A DNA stretch of 64,000 nt from contig NC_134031.1 in assembly GCF_964204645.1 (NCBI RefSeq), positions 13,937,807-14,001,806 of the forward strand, in the 5' to 3' direction. This stretch comes from Tubulanus polymorphus. Lineage: Eukaryota > Animalia > Nemertea. Shown here in pieces: positions 37,639-52,036 of this stretch. Positions within the stretch are counted from its first letter, which is position 1. Each line of letters begins with the position of its first letter. A model generated the notes under the pieces. That model did no database searches. It saw nothing but the letters and a program-made list of their open reading frames with translations, and was not told where the DNA came from. Made by a program: the position numbers and the translations under genes.

Positions 37639-39219
37639 TGAGCCTAGGTCTATCCTCGCTTACCAGGTTCTGTTTGGCTCACGCCAACACGAGCTCTGTC
37701 TGTAGGCCTAAGATTTTTTTGGGTGCACGGGTGGCCGCTTAGCGGCCACCAGCGATTAGCCAATCGCACGCGTGAAAAACAACGTATCTGATTGGCTTAA
37801 ATACTTATAAATCTCTGGCGATGTAATAGGCCGATGAATGGTTTGCGGCCAGGGTTTGTGTGGGCGTGAGCTTCGGCTTCAGTTCCAGAGAAGATCTAGA
37901 CCATTAACAAACTGACCTTGACCTGGGCTCCGGCGTAATGTCGAAGTACATAATACGTAGAATATGCGTTGCGTAATTACGAATCAATGACGGAAGTTGA
38001 ATTCCGTCGTCTGTCGTCGATTTATTCGCTTCATTGGACTGTGAGTATATATTTACCATCCATGAATACTTTCGATCCATCAATCATCGCCCAATCGGGA
38101 TCTCCGAATCAGTTGAAATACTTTCCGTCTTAAGTTTTAGCAACCAACGCTGAATTTCACGGCAAGTCATCTTATCCGGAGGCAAAGAAATCGAAGCTAG
38201 CAACCGCATTACTGAGTAACATAGCAACTTTTTTCGGTGATATCATAGCAACCGGTGGCATGATAAGGGTTCGAGTCCCGATTTATTGCGCTGTCATATC
38301 GGGCCACAGCGTATTCAAACCGTGTGCCTAATAAATATCGAGTATCGACCTACGTTTATCCATATACGCGAGAAAGATTCACCCTGACTGCAAACTAGTA
38401 AAGGGCCTAGAGTTGAGTAGGCTTCGCCGAGACCGGGAAGCGCGTAGCGCAGGACCCCAAAATAGTACCTAGATCAATGGAACCAGCCACAGGTAGGGCA
38501 GTGAAAAGGTAGGCTAATTCAACAAATAGGAGAGTCGACGGAAAACTGATGTATGTGCGAAATCCGTGGATCCTGAGAGGCAAATCGATGAAAAAATAGA
38601 GGATTCCTTGGAACTATTTTGCTTGAAGTTAGAATACGGCGCCATACCAAACGTGGCAGTTCGGGGATTCCCTGCAATATCCGTACGACACCGGGGCGGT
38701 ACCAATTCAAATTCAAATCATCCCGTTCCGCCTTTTTCCTTTCTAGACGACTATCATTTCAAAAGTTTGGATGGGCATGTGGAGAACGAAACTCACTTCT
38801 ACGTAAAGTGAAGATGTTGGCGGCGGACAGCGAACGCATCCCGCAAATTGTGCGAACCACGTGTCGTAGCCTACCGACATCGTAGCGGTTACGCTTTTGG
38901 GTTGGTTCACTGAGCGTTTCACAAGTGTTTTTATCGCGACTAAAGTGTAGGATATTATCGATATTATGAATATTCGTAGGTAGTAGCAAATTTTCCGGGC
39001 ATAATGAAGTTCACAATTTATTTGCATAATTTTAGATCCATCGTAGTGGCTCGAAATTAATACCGGAATATATGAAATCAATTCAATTTTCATTTGAATG
39101 CCCTATCGAAAATTAAAATCATTCAAAAAGGTATAGCGCGTACATTTTTATATGTCTCACACAGTTGATGTAAATAACGGTTGTTCGACATATATATTGA
39201 ATTGCGTTCATTCAACGGT

Positions 39220-39410
39220 ATCGCTTCTCGGCCTATTGGCTAAGATCAAAGTGTAGTATCTGTTCTTATCAGCTTAATATCTGATACGCTCCCCATAGGG
39301 GAGCTTCGATATTAAACTGATTTTTGGCACTAGGTGAAGAGTCAGGGGCTTGCTCCGCCTTCGCCACGAGTTGGCCTGGTATTGCAGTACCTCCAGGATC
39401 GGCTCACTCC
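39220..39410 (+). ncRNA. RNU2: U2 snRNA copy 2
   Basis: Same sequence as copy 1. Confidence 0.98.
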
Positions 39411-41022
39411 CTCTGGGAGTTCAATATCAAATAAAGATAGTTGAGCCTAGGTCTATCCTCGCTTACCAGGTTCTGTTTGGCTCACGCCAACACGAGCTCT
39501 GTCTGTAGGCCTAAGATTTTTTTGGGTGCACGGGTGGCCGCTTAGCGGCCACCAGCGATTAGCCAATCGCACGCGTGAAAAACAACGTATCTGATTGGCT
39601 TAAATACTTATAAATCTCTGGCGATGTAATAGGCCGATGAATGGTTTGCGGCCAGGGTTTGTGTGGGCGTGAGCTTCGGCTTCAGTTCCAGAGAAGATCT
39701 AGACCATTAACAAACTGACCTTGACCTGGGCTCCGGCGTAATGTCGAAGTACATAATACGTAGAATATGCGTTGCGTAATTACGAATCAATGACGGAAGT
39801 TGAATTCCGTCGTCTGTCGTCGATTTATTCGCTTCATTGGACTGTGAGTATATATTTACCATCCATGAATACTTTCGATCCATCAATCATCGCCCAATCG
39901 GGATCTCCGAATCAGTTGAAATACTTTCCGTCTTAAGTTTTAGCAACCAACGCTGAATTTCACGGCAAGTCATCTTATCCGGAGGCAAAGAAATCGAAGC
40001 TAGCAACCGCATTACTGAGTAACATAGCAACTTTTTTCGGTGATATCATAGCAACCGGTGGCATGATAAGGGTTCGAGTCCCGATTTATTGCGCTGTCAT
40101 ATCGGGCCACAGCGTATTCAAACCGTGTGCCTAATAAATATCGAGTATCGACCTACGTTTATCCATATACGCGAGAAAGATTCACCCTGACTGCAAACTA
40201 GTAAAGGGCCTAGAGTTGAGTAGGCTTCGCCGAGACCGGGAAGCGCGTAGCGCAGGACCCCAAAATAGTACCTAGATCAATGGAACCAGCCACAGGTAGG
40301 GCAGTGAAAAGGTAGGCTAATTCAACAAATAGGAGAGTCGACGGAAAACTGATGTATGTGCGAAATCCGTGGATCCTGAGAGGCAAATCGATGAAAAAAT
40401 AGAGGATTCCTTGGAACTATTTTGCTTGAAGTTAGAATACGGCGCCATACCAAACGTGGCAGTTCGGGGATTCCCTGCAATATCCGTACGACACCGGGGC
40501 GGTACCAATTCAAATTCAAATCATCCCGTTCCGCCTTTTTCCTTTCTAGACGACTATCATTTCAAAAGTTTGGATGGGCATGTGGAGAACGAAACTCACT
40601 TCTACGTAAAGTGAAGATGTTGGCGGCGGACAGCGAACGCATCCCGCAAATTGTGCGAACCACGTGTCGTAGCCTACCGACATCGTAGCGGTTACGCTTT
40701 TGGGTTGGTTCACTGAGCGTTTCACAAGTGTTTTTATCGCGACTAAAGTGTAGGATATTATCGATATTATGAATATTCGTAGGTAGTAGCAAATTTTCCG
40801 GGCATAATGAAGTTCACAATTTATTTGCATAATTTTAGATCCATCGTAGTGGCTCGAAATTAATACCGGAATATATGAAATCAATTCAATTTTCATTTGA
40901 ATGCCCTATCGAAAATTAAAATCATTCAAAAAGGTATAGCGCGTACATTTTTATATGTCTCACACAGTTGATGTAAATAACGGTTGTTCGACATATATAT
41001 TGAATTGCGTTCATTCAACGGT

Positions 41023-41213
41023 ATCGCTTCTCGGCCTATTGGCTAAGATCAAAGTGTAGTATCTGTTCTTATCAGCTTAATATCTGATACGCTCCCCATA
41101 GGGGAGCTTCGATATTAAACTGATTTTTGGCACTAGGTGAAGAGTCAGGGGCTTGCTCCGCCTTCGCCACGAGTTGGCCTGGTATTGCAGTACCTCCAGG
41201 ATCGGCTCACTCC
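41023..41213 (+). ncRNA. RNU2: U2 snRNA copy 3
   Basis: Same sequence as copy 1. Confidence 0.98.
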
Positions 41214-42826
41214 CTCTGGGAGTTCAATATCAAATAAAGATAGTTGAGCCTAGGTCTATCCTCGCTTACCAGGTTCTGTTTGGCTCACGCCAACACGAGC
41301 TCTGTCTGTAGGCCTAAGATTTTTTTGGGTGCACGGGTGGCCGCTTAGCGGCCACCAGCGATTAGCCAATCGCACGCGTGAAAAACAACGTATCTGATTG
41401 GCTTAAATACTTATAAATCTCTGGCGATGTAATAGGCCGATGAATGGTTTGCGGCCAGGGTTTGTGTGGGCGTGAGCTTCGGCTTCAGTTCCAGAGAAGA
41501 TCTAGACCATTAACAAACTGACCTTGACCTGGGCTCCGGCGTAATGTCGAAGTACATAATACGTAGAATATGCGTTGCGTAATTACGAATCAATGACGGA
41601 AGTTGAATTCCGTCGTCTGTCGTCGATTTATTCGCTTCATTGGACTGTGAGTATATATTTACCATCCATGAATACTTTCGATCCATCAATCATCGCCCAA
41701 TCGGGATCTCCGAATCAGTTGAAATACTTTCCGTCTTAAGTTTTAGCAACCAACGCTGAATTTCACGGCAAGTCATCTTATCCGGAGGCAAAGAAATCGA
41801 AGCTAGCAACCGCATTACTGAGTAACATAGCAACTTTTTTCGGTGATATCATAGCAACCGGTGGCATGATAAGGGTTCGAGTCCCGATTTATTGCGCTGT
41901 CATATCGGGCCACAGCGTATTCAAACCGTGTGCCTAATAAATATCGAGTATCGACCTACGTTTATCCATATACGCGAGAAAGATTCACCCTGACTGCAAA
42001 CTAGTAAAGGGCCTAGAGTTGAGTAGGCTTCGCCGAGACCGGGAAGCGCGTAGCGCAGGACCCCAAAAATAGTACCTAGATCAATGGAACCAGCCACAGG
42101 TAGGGCAGTGAAACGGTAGGCTAATTCAACAAATAGGAGAGTCGACGGAAAACTGATGTATGTGCGAAATCCGTGGATCCTGAGAGGCAAATCGATGAAA
42201 AAATAGAGGATTCCTTGGAACTATTTTGCTTGAAGTTAGAATACGGCGCCATACCAAACGTGGCAGTTCGGGGATTCCCTGCAATATCCGTACGACACCG
42301 GGGCGGTACCAATTCAAATTCAAATCATCCCGTTCCGCCTTTTTCCTTTCTAGACGACTATCATTTCAAAAGTTTGGATGGGCATGTGGAGAACGAAACT
42401 CACTTCTACGTAAAGTGAAGATGTTGGCGGCGGACAGCGAACGCATCCCGCAAATTGTGCGAACCACGTGTCGTAGCCTACCGACATCGTAGCGGTTACG
42501 CTTTTGGGTTGGTTCACTGAGCGTTTCACAAGTGTTTTTATCGCGACTAAAGTGTAGGATATTATCGATATTATGAATATTCGTAGGTAGTAGCAAATTT
42601 TCCGGGCATAATGAAGTTCACAATTTATTTGCATAATTTTAGATCCATCGTAGTGGCTCGAAATTAATACCGGAATATATGAAATCAATTCAATTTTCAT
42701 TTGAATGCCCTATCGAAAATTAAAATCATTCAAAAAGGTATAGCGCGTACATTTTTATATGTCTCACACAGTTGATGTAAATAACGGTTGTTCGACATAT
42801 ATATTGAATTGCGTTCATTCAACGGT

Positions 42827-43017
42827 ATCGCTTCTCGGCCTATTGGCTAAGATCAAAGTGTAGTATCTGTTCTTATCAGCTTAATATCTGATACGCTCCC
42901 CATAGGGGAGCTTCGATATTAAACTGATTTTTGGCACTAGGTGAAGAGTCAGGGGCTTGCTCCGCCTTCGCCACGAGTTGGCCTGGTATTGCAGTACCTC
43001 CAGGATCGGCTCACTCC
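42827..43017 (+). ncRNA. RNU2: U2 snRNA copy 4
   Basis: Same sequence as copy 1. Confidence 0.98.
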
Positions 43018-44629
43018 CTCTGGGAGTTCAATATCAAATAAAGATAGTTGAGCCTAGGTCTATCCTCGCTTACCAGGTTCTGTTTGGCTCACGCCAACAC
43101 GAGCTCTGTCTGTAGGCCTAAGATTTTTTTGGGTGCACGGGTGGCCGCTTAGCGGCCACCAGCGATTAGCCAATCGCACGCGTGAAAAACAACGTATCTG
43201 ATTGGCTTAAATACTTATAAATCTCTGGCGATGTAATAGGCCGATGAATGGTTTGCGGCCAGGGTTTGTGTGGGCGTGAGCTTCGGCTTCAGTTCCAGAG
43301 AAGATCTAGACCATTAACAAACTGACCTTGACCTGGGCTCCGGCGTAATGTCGAAGTACATAATACGTAGAATATGCGTTGCGTAATTACGAATCAATGA
43401 CGGAAGTTGAATTCCGTCGTCTGTCGTCGATTTATTCGCTTCATTGGACTGTGAGTATATATTTACCATCCATGAATACTTTCGATCCATCAATCATCGC
43501 CCAATCGGGATCTCCGAATCAGTTGAAATACTTTCCGTCTTAAGTTTTAGCAACCAACGCTGAATTTCACGGCAAGTCATCTTATCCGGAGGCAAAGAAA
43601 TCGAAGCTAGCAACCGCATTACTGAGTAACATAGCAACTTTTTTCGGTGATATCATAGCAACCGGTGGCATGATAAGGGTTCGAGTCCCGATTTATTGCG
43701 CTGTCATATCGGGCCACAGCGTATTCAAACCGTGTGCCTAATAAATATCGAGTATCGACCTACGTTTATCCATATACGCGAGAAAGATTCACCCTGACTG
43801 CAAACTAGTAAAGGGCCTAGAGTTGAGTAGGCTTCGCCGAGACCGGGAAGCGCGTAGCGCAGGACCCCAAAATAGTACCTAGATCAATGGAACCAGCCAC
43901 AGGTAGGGCAGTGAAAAGGTAGGCTAATTCAACAAATAGGAGAGTCGACGGAAAACTGATGTATGTGCGAAATCCGTGGATCCTGAGAGGCAAATCGATG
44001 AAAAAATAGAGGATTCCTTGGAACTATTTTGCTTGAAGTTAGAATACGGCGCCATACCAAACGTGGCAGTTCGGGGATTCCCTGCAATATCCGTACGACA
44101 CCGGGGCGGTACCAATTCAAATTCAAATCATCCCGTTCCGCCTTTTTCCTTTCTAGACGACTATCATTTCAAAAGTTTGGATGGGCATGTGGAGAACGAA
44201 ACTCACTTCTACGTAAAGTGAAGATGTTGGCGGCGGACAGCGAACGCATCCCGCAAATTGTGCGAACCACGTGTCGTAGCCTACCGACATCGTAGCGGTT
44301 ACGCTTTTGGGTTGGTTCACTGAGCGTTTCACAAGTGTTTTTATCGCGACTAAAGTGTAGGATATTATCGATATTATGAATATTCGTAGGTAGTAGCAAA
44401 TTTTCCGGGCATAATGAAGTTCACAATTTATTTGCATAATTTTAGATCCATCGTAGTGGCTCGAAATTAATACCGGAATATATGAAATCAATTCAATTTT
44501 CATTTGAATGCCCTATCGAAAATTAAAATCATTCAAAAAGGTATAGCGCGTACATTTTTATATGTCTCACACAGTTGATGTAAATAACGGTTGTTCGACA
44601 TATATATTGAATTGCGTTCATTCAACGGT

Positions 44630-44820
44630 ATCGCTTCTCGGCCTATTGGCTAAGATCAAAGTGTAGTATCTGTTCTTATCAGCTTAATATCTGATACGCT
44701 CCCCATAGGGGAGCTTCGATATTAAACTGATTTTTGGCACTAGGTGAAGAGTCAGGGGCTTGCTCCGCCTTCGCCACGAGTTGGCCTGGTATTGCAGTAC
44801 CTCCAGGATCGGCTCACTCC
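44630..44820 (+). ncRNA. RNU2: U2 snRNA copy 5
   Basis: Same sequence as copy 1. Confidence 0.98.
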
Positions 44821-46433
44821 CTCTGGGAGTTCAATATCAAATAAAGATAGTTGAGCCTAGGTCTATCCTCGCTTACCAGGTTCTGTTTGGCTCACGCCAA
44901 CACGAGCTCTGTCTGTAGGCCTAAGATTTTTTTGGGTGCACGGGTGGCCGCTTAGCGGCCACCAGCGATTAGCCAATCGCACGCGTGAAAAACAACGTAT
45001 CTGATTGGCTTAAATACTTATAAATCTCTGGCGATGTAATAGGCCGATGAATGGTTTGCGGCCAGGGTTTGTGTGGGCGTGAGCTTCGGCTTCAGTTCCA
45101 GAGAAGATCTAGACCATTAACAAACTGACCTTGACCTGGGCTCCGGCGTAATGTCGAAGTACATAATACGTAGAATATGCGTTGCGTAATTACGAATCAA
45201 TGACGGAAGTTGAATTCCGTCGTCTGTCGTCGATTTATTCGCTTCATTGGACTGTGAGTATATATTTACCATCCATGAATACTTTCGATCCATCAATCAT
45301 CGCCCAATCGGGATCTCCGAATCAGTTGAAATACTTTCCGTCTTAAGTTTTAGCAACCAACGCTGAATTTCACGGCAAGTCATCTTATCCGGAGGCAAAG
45401 AAATCGAAGCTAGCAACCGCATTACTGAGTAACATAGCAACTTTTTTCGGTGATATCATAGCAACCGGTGGCATGATAAGGGTTCGAGTCCCGATTTATT
45501 GCGCTGTCATATCGGGCCACAGCGTATTCAAACCGTGTGCCTAATAAATATCGAGTATCGACCTACGTTTATCCATATACGCGAGAAAGATTCACCCTGA
45601 CTGCAAACTAGTAAAGGGCCTAGAGTTGAGTAGGCTTCGCCGAGACCGGGAAGCGCGTAGCGCAGGACCCCAAAAATAGTACCTAGATCAATGGAACCAG
45701 CCACAGGTAGGGCAGTGAAACGGTAGGCTAATTCAACAAATAGGAGAGTCGACGGAAAACTGATGTATGTGCGAAATCCGTGGATCCTGAGAGGCAAATC
45801 GATGAAAAAATAGAGGATTCCTTGGAACTATTTTGCTTGAAGTTAGAATACGGCGCCATACCAAACGTGGCAGTTCGGGGATTCCCTGCAATATCCGTAC
45901 GACACCGGGGCGGTACCAATTCAAATTCAAATCATCCCGTTCCGCCTTTTTCCTTTCTAGACGACTATCATTTCAAAAGTTTGGATGGGCATGTGGAGAA
46001 CGAAACTCACTTCTACGTAAAGTGAAGATGTTGGCGGCGGACAGCGAACGCATCCCGCAAATTGTGCGAACCACGTGTCGTAGCCTACCGACATCGTAGC
46101 GGTTACGCTTTTGGGTTGGTTCACTGAGCGTTTCACAAGTGTTTTTATCGCGACTAAAGTGTAGGATATTATCGATATTATGAATATTCGTAGGTAGTAG
46201 CAAATTTTCCGGGCATAATGAAGTTCACAATTTATTTGCATAATTTTAGATCCATCGTAGTGGCTCGAAATTAATACCGGAATATATGAAATCAATTCAA
46301 TTTTCATTTGAATGCCCTATCGAAAATTAAAATCATTCAAAAAGGTATAGCGCGTACATTTTTATATGTCTCACACAGTTGATGTAAATAACGGTTGTTC
46401 GACATATATATTGAATTGCGTTCATTCAACGGT

Positions 46434-46624
46434 ATCGCTTCTCGGCCTATTGGCTAAGATCAAAGTGTAGTATCTGTTCTTATCAGCTTAATATCTGATA
46501 CGCTCCCCATAGGGGAGCTTCGATATTAAACTGATTTTTGGCACTAGGTGAAGAGTCAGGGGCTTGCTCCGCCTTCGCCACGAGTTGGCCTGGTATTGCA
46601 GTACCTCCAGGATCGGCTCACTCC
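46434..46624 (+). ncRNA. RNU2: U2 snRNA copy 6
   Basis: Same sequence as copy 1. Confidence 0.98.
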
Positions 46625-48237
46625 CTCTGGGAGTTCAATATCAAATAAAGATAGTTGAGCCTAGGTCTATCCTCGCTTACCAGGTTCTGTTTGGCTCACG
46701 CCAACACGAGCTCTGTCTGTAGGCCTAAGATTTTTTTGGGTGCACGGGTGGCCGCTTAGCGGCCACCAGCGATTAGCCAATCGCACGCGTGAAAAACAAC
46801 GTATCTGATTGGCTTAAATACTTATAAATCTCTGGCGATGTAATAGGCCGATGAATGGTTTGCGGCCAGGGTTTGTGTGGGCGTGAGCTTCGGCTTCAGT
46901 TCCAGAGAAGATCTAGACCATTAACAAACTGACCTTGACCTGGGCTCCGGCGTAATGTCGAAGTACATAATACGTAGAATATGCGTTGCGTAATTACGAA
47001 TCAATGACGGAAGTTGAATTCCGTCGTCTGTCGTCGATTTATTCGCTTCATTGGACTGTGAGTATATATTTACCATCCATGAATACTTTCGATCCATCAA
47101 TCATCGCCCAATCGGGATCTCCGAATCAGTTGAAATACTTTCCGTCTTAAGTTTTAGCAACCAACGCTGAATTTCACGGCAAGTCATCTTATCCGGAGGC
47201 AAAGAAATCGAAGCTAGCAACCGCATTACTGAGTAACATAGCAACTTTTTTCGGTGATATCATAGCAACCGGTGGCATGATAAGGGTTCGAGTCCCGATT
47301 TATTGCGCTGTCATATCGGGCCACAGCGTATTCAAACCGTGTGCCTAATAAATATCGAGTATCGACCTACGTTTATCCATATACGCGAGAAAGATTCACC
47401 CTGACTGCAAACTAGTAAAGGGCCTAGAGTTGAGTAGGCTTCGCCGAGACCGGGAAGCGCGTAGCGCAGGACCCCAAAAATAGTACCTAGATCAATGGAA
47501 CCAGCCACAGGTAGGGCAGTGAAACGGTAGGCTAATTCAACAAATAGGAGAGTCGACGGAAAACTGATGTATGTGCGAAATCCGTGGATCCTGAGAGGCA
47601 AATCGATGAAAAAATAGAGGATTCCTTGGAACTATTTTGCTTGAAGTTAGAATACGGCGCCATACCAAACGTGGCAGTTCGGGGATTCCCTGCAATATCC
47701 GTACGACACCGGGGCGGTACCAATTCAAATTCAAATCATCCCGTTCCGCCTTTTTCCTTTCTAGACGACTATCATTTCAAAAGTTTGGATGGGCATGTGG
47801 AGAACGAAACTCACTTCTACGTAAAGTGAAGATGTTGGCGGCGGACAGCGAACGCATCCCGCAAATTGTGCGAACCACGTGTCGTAGCCTACCGACATCG
47901 TAGCGGTTACGCTTTTGGGTTGGTTCACTGAGCGTTCCACAAGTGTTTTTATCGCGACTAAAGTGTAGGATATTATCGATATTATGAATATTCGTAGGTA
48001 GTAGCAAATTTTCCGGGCATAATGAAGTTCACAATTTATTTGCATAATTTTAGATCCATCGTAGTGGCTCGAAATTAATACCGGAATATATGAAATCAAT
48101 TCAATTTTCATTTGAATGCCCTATCGAAAATTAAAATCATTCAAAAAGGTATAGCGCGTACATTTTTATATGTCTCACACAGTTGATGTAAATAACGGTT
48201 GTTCGACATATATATTGAATTGCGTTCATTCAACGGT

Positions 48238-48428
48238 ATCGCTTCTCGGCCTATTGGCTAAGATCAAAGTGTAGTATCTGTTCTTATCAGCTTAATATCT
48301 GATACGCTCCCCATAGGGGAGCTTCGATATTAAACTGATTTTTGGCACTAGGTGAAGAGTCAGGGGCTTGCTCCGCCTTCGCCACGAGTTGGCCTGGTAT
48401 TGCAGTACCTCCAGGATCGGCTCACTCC
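48238..48428 (+). ncRNA. RNU2: U2 snRNA copy 7
   Basis: Same sequence as copy 1. Confidence 0.98.
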
Positions 48429-50041
48429 CTCTGGGAGTTCAATATCAAATAAAGATAGTTGAGCCTAGGTCTATCCTCGCTTACCAGGTTCTGTTTGGCT
48501 CACGCCAACACGAGCTCTGTCTGTAGGCCTAAGATTTTTTTGGGTGCACGGGTGGCCGCTTAGCGGCCACCAGCGATTAGCCAATCGCACGCGTGAAAAA
48601 CAACGTATCTGATTGGCTTAAATACTTATAAATCTCTGGCGATGTAATAGGCCGATGAATGGTTTGCGGCCAGGGTTTGTGTGGGCGTGAGCTTCGGCTT
48701 CAGTTCCAGAGAAGATCTAGACCATTAACAAACTGACCTTGACCTGGGCTCCGGCGTAATGTCGAAGTACATAATACGTAGAATATGCGTTGCGTAATTA
48801 CGAATCAATGACGGAAGTTGAATTCCGTCGTCTGTCGTCGATTTATTCGCTTCATTGGACTGTGAGTATATATTTACCATCCATGAATACTTTCGATCCA
48901 TCAATCATCGCCCAATCGGGATCTCCGAATCAGTTGAAATACTTTCCGTCTTAAGTTTTAGCAACCAACGCTGAATTTCACGGCAAGTCATCTTATCCGG
49001 AGGCAAAGAAATCGAAGCTAGCAACCGCATTACTGAGTAACATAGCAACTTTTTTCGGTGATATCATAGCAACCGGTGGCATGATAAGGGTTCGAGTCCC
49101 GATTTATTGCGCTGTCATATCGGGCCACAGCGTATTCAAACCGTGTGCCTAATAAATATCGAGTATCGACCTACGTTTATCCATATACGCGAGAAAGATT
49201 CACCCTGACTGCAAACTAGTAAAGGGCCTAGAGTTGAGTAGGCTTCGCCGAGACCGGGAAGCGCGTAGCGCAGGACCCCAAAAATAGTACCTAGATCAAT
49301 GGAACCAGCCACAGGTAGGGCAGTGAAACGGTAGGCTAATTCAACAAATAGGAGAGTCGACGGAAAACTGATGTATGTGCGAAATCCGTGGATCCTGAGA
49401 GGCAAATCGATGAAAAAATAGAGGATTCCTTGGAACTATTTTGCTTGAAGTTAGAATACGGCGCCATACCAAACGTGGCAGTTCGGGGATTCCCTGCAAT
49501 ATCCGTACGACACCGGGGCGGTACCAATTCAAATTCAAATCATCCCGTTCCGCCTTTTTCCTTTCTAGACGACTATCATTTCAAAAGTTTGGATGGGCAT
49601 GTGGAGAACGAAACTCACTTCTACGTAAAGTGAAGATGTTGGCGGCGGACAGCGAACGCATCCCGCAAATTGTGCGAACCACGTGTCGTAGCCTACCGAC
49701 ATCGTAGCGGTTACGCTTTTGGGTTGGTTCACTGAGCGTTTCACAAGTGTTTTTATCGCGACTAAAGTGTAGGATATTATCGATATTATGAATATTCGTA
49801 GGTAGTAGCAAATTTTCCGGGCATAATGAAGTTCACAATTTATTTGCATAATTTTAGATCCATCGTAGTGGCTCGAAATTAATACCGGAATATATGAAAT
49901 CAATTCAATTTTCATTTGAATGCCCTATCGAAAATTAAAATCATTCAAAAAGGTATAGCGCGTACATTTTTATATGTCTCACACAGTTGATGTAAATAAC
50001 GGTTGTTCGACATATATATTGAATTGCGTTCATTCAACGGT

Positions 50042-50232
50042 ATCGCTTCTCGGCCTATTGGCTAAGATCAAAGTGTAGTATCTGTTCTTATCAGCTTAAT
50101 ATCTGATACGCTCCCCATAGGGGAGCTTCGATATTAAACTGATTTTTGGCACTAGGTGAAGAGTCAGGGGCTTGCTCCGCCTTCGCCACGAGTTGGCCTG
50201 GTATTGCAGTACCTCCAGGATCGGCTCACTCC
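50042..50232 (+). ncRNA. RNU2: U2 snRNA copy 8
   Basis: Same sequence as copy 1. Confidence 0.98.
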
Positions 50233-51845
50233 CTCTGGGAGTTCAATATCAAATAAAGATAGTTGAGCCTAGGTCTATCCTCGCTTACCAGGTTCTGTTT
50301 GGCTCACGCCAACACGAGCTCTGTCTGTAGGCCTAAGATTTTTTTGGGTGCACGGGTGGCCGCTTAGCGGCCACCAGCGATTAGCCAATCGCACGCGTGA
50401 AAAACAACGTATCTGATTGGCTTAAATACTTATAAATCTCTGGCGATGTAATAGGCCGATGAATGGTTTGCGGCCAGGGTTTGTGTGGGCGTGAGCTTCG
50501 GCTTCAGTTCCAGAGAAGATCTAGACCATTAACAAACTGACCTTGACCTGGGCTCCGGCGTAATGTCGAAGTACATAATACGTAGAATATGCGTTGCGTA
50601 ATTACGAATCAATGACGGAAGTTGAATTCCGTCGTCTGTCGTCGATTTATTCGCTTCATTGGACTGTGAGTATATATTTACCATCCATGAATACTTTCGA
50701 TCCATCAATCATCGCCCAATCGGGATCTCCGAATCAGTTGAAATACTTTCCGTCTTAAGTTTTAGCAACCAACGCTGAATTTCACGGCAAGTCATCTTAT
50801 CCGGAGGCAAAGAAATCGAAGCTAGCAACCGCATTACTGAGTAACATAGCAACTTTTTTCGGTGATATCATAGCAACCGGTGGCATGATAAGGGTTCGAG
50901 TCCCGATTTATTGCGCTGTCATATCGGGCCACAGCGTATTCAAACCGTGTGCCTAATAAATATCGAGTATCGACCTACGTTTATCCATATACGCGAGAAA
51001 GATTCACCCTGACTGCAAACTAGTAAAGGGCCTAGAGTTGAGTAGGCTTCGCCGAGACCGGGAAGCGCGTAGCGCAGGACCCCAAAAATAGTACCTAGAT
51101 CAATGGAACCAGCCACAGGTAGGGCAGTGAAACGGTAGGCTAATTCAACAAATAGGAGAGTCGACGGAAAACTGATGTATGTGCGAAATCCGTGGATCCT
51201 GAGAGGCAAATCGATGAAAAAATAGAGGATTCCTTGGAACTATTTTGCTTGAAGTTAGAATACGGCGCCATACCAAACGTGGCAGTTCGGGGATTCCCTG
51301 CAATATCCGTACGACACCGGGGCGGTACCAATTCAAATTCAAATCATCCCGTTCCGCCTTTTTCCTTTCTAGACGACTATCATTTCAAAAGTTTGGATGG
51401 GCATGTGGAGAACGAAACTCACTTCTACGTAAAGTGAAGATGTTGGCGGCGGACAGCGAACGCATCCCGCAAATTGTGCGAACCACGTGTCGTAGCCTAC
51501 CGACATCGTAGCGGTTACGCTTTTGGGTTGGTTCACTGAGCGTTTCACAAGTGTTTTTATCGCGACTAAAGTGTAGGATATTATCGATATTATGAATATT
51601 CGTAGGTAGTAGCAAATTTTCCGGGCATAATGAAGTTCACAATTTATTTGCATAATTTTAGATCCATCGTAGTGGCTCGAAATTAATACCGGAATATATG
51701 AAATCAATTCAATTTTCATTTGAATGCCCTATCGAAAATTAAAATCATTCAAAAAGGTATAGCGCGTACATTTTTATATGTCTCACACAGTTGATGTAAA
51801 TAACGGTTGTTCGACATATATATTGAATTGCGTTCATTCAACGGT

Positions 51846-52036
51846 ATCGCTTCTCGGCCTATTGGCTAAGATCAAAGTGTAGTATCTGTTCTTATCAGCT
51901 TAATATCTGATACGCTCCCCATAGGGGAGCTTCGATATTAAACTGATTTTTGGCACTAGGTGAAGAGTCAGGGGCTTGCTCCGCCTTCGCCACGAGTTGG
52001 CCTGGTATTGCAGTACCTCCAGGATCGGCTCACTCC
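51846..52036 (+). ncRNA. RNU2: U2 snRNA copy 9
   Basis: Same sequence as copy 1. Confidence 0.98.

Noticed and set aside
38240-38290. tRNA gene around GGTTCGAGTCCC
   Set aside because: No cloverleaf, and the A-box-like motif is too close to the B-box.
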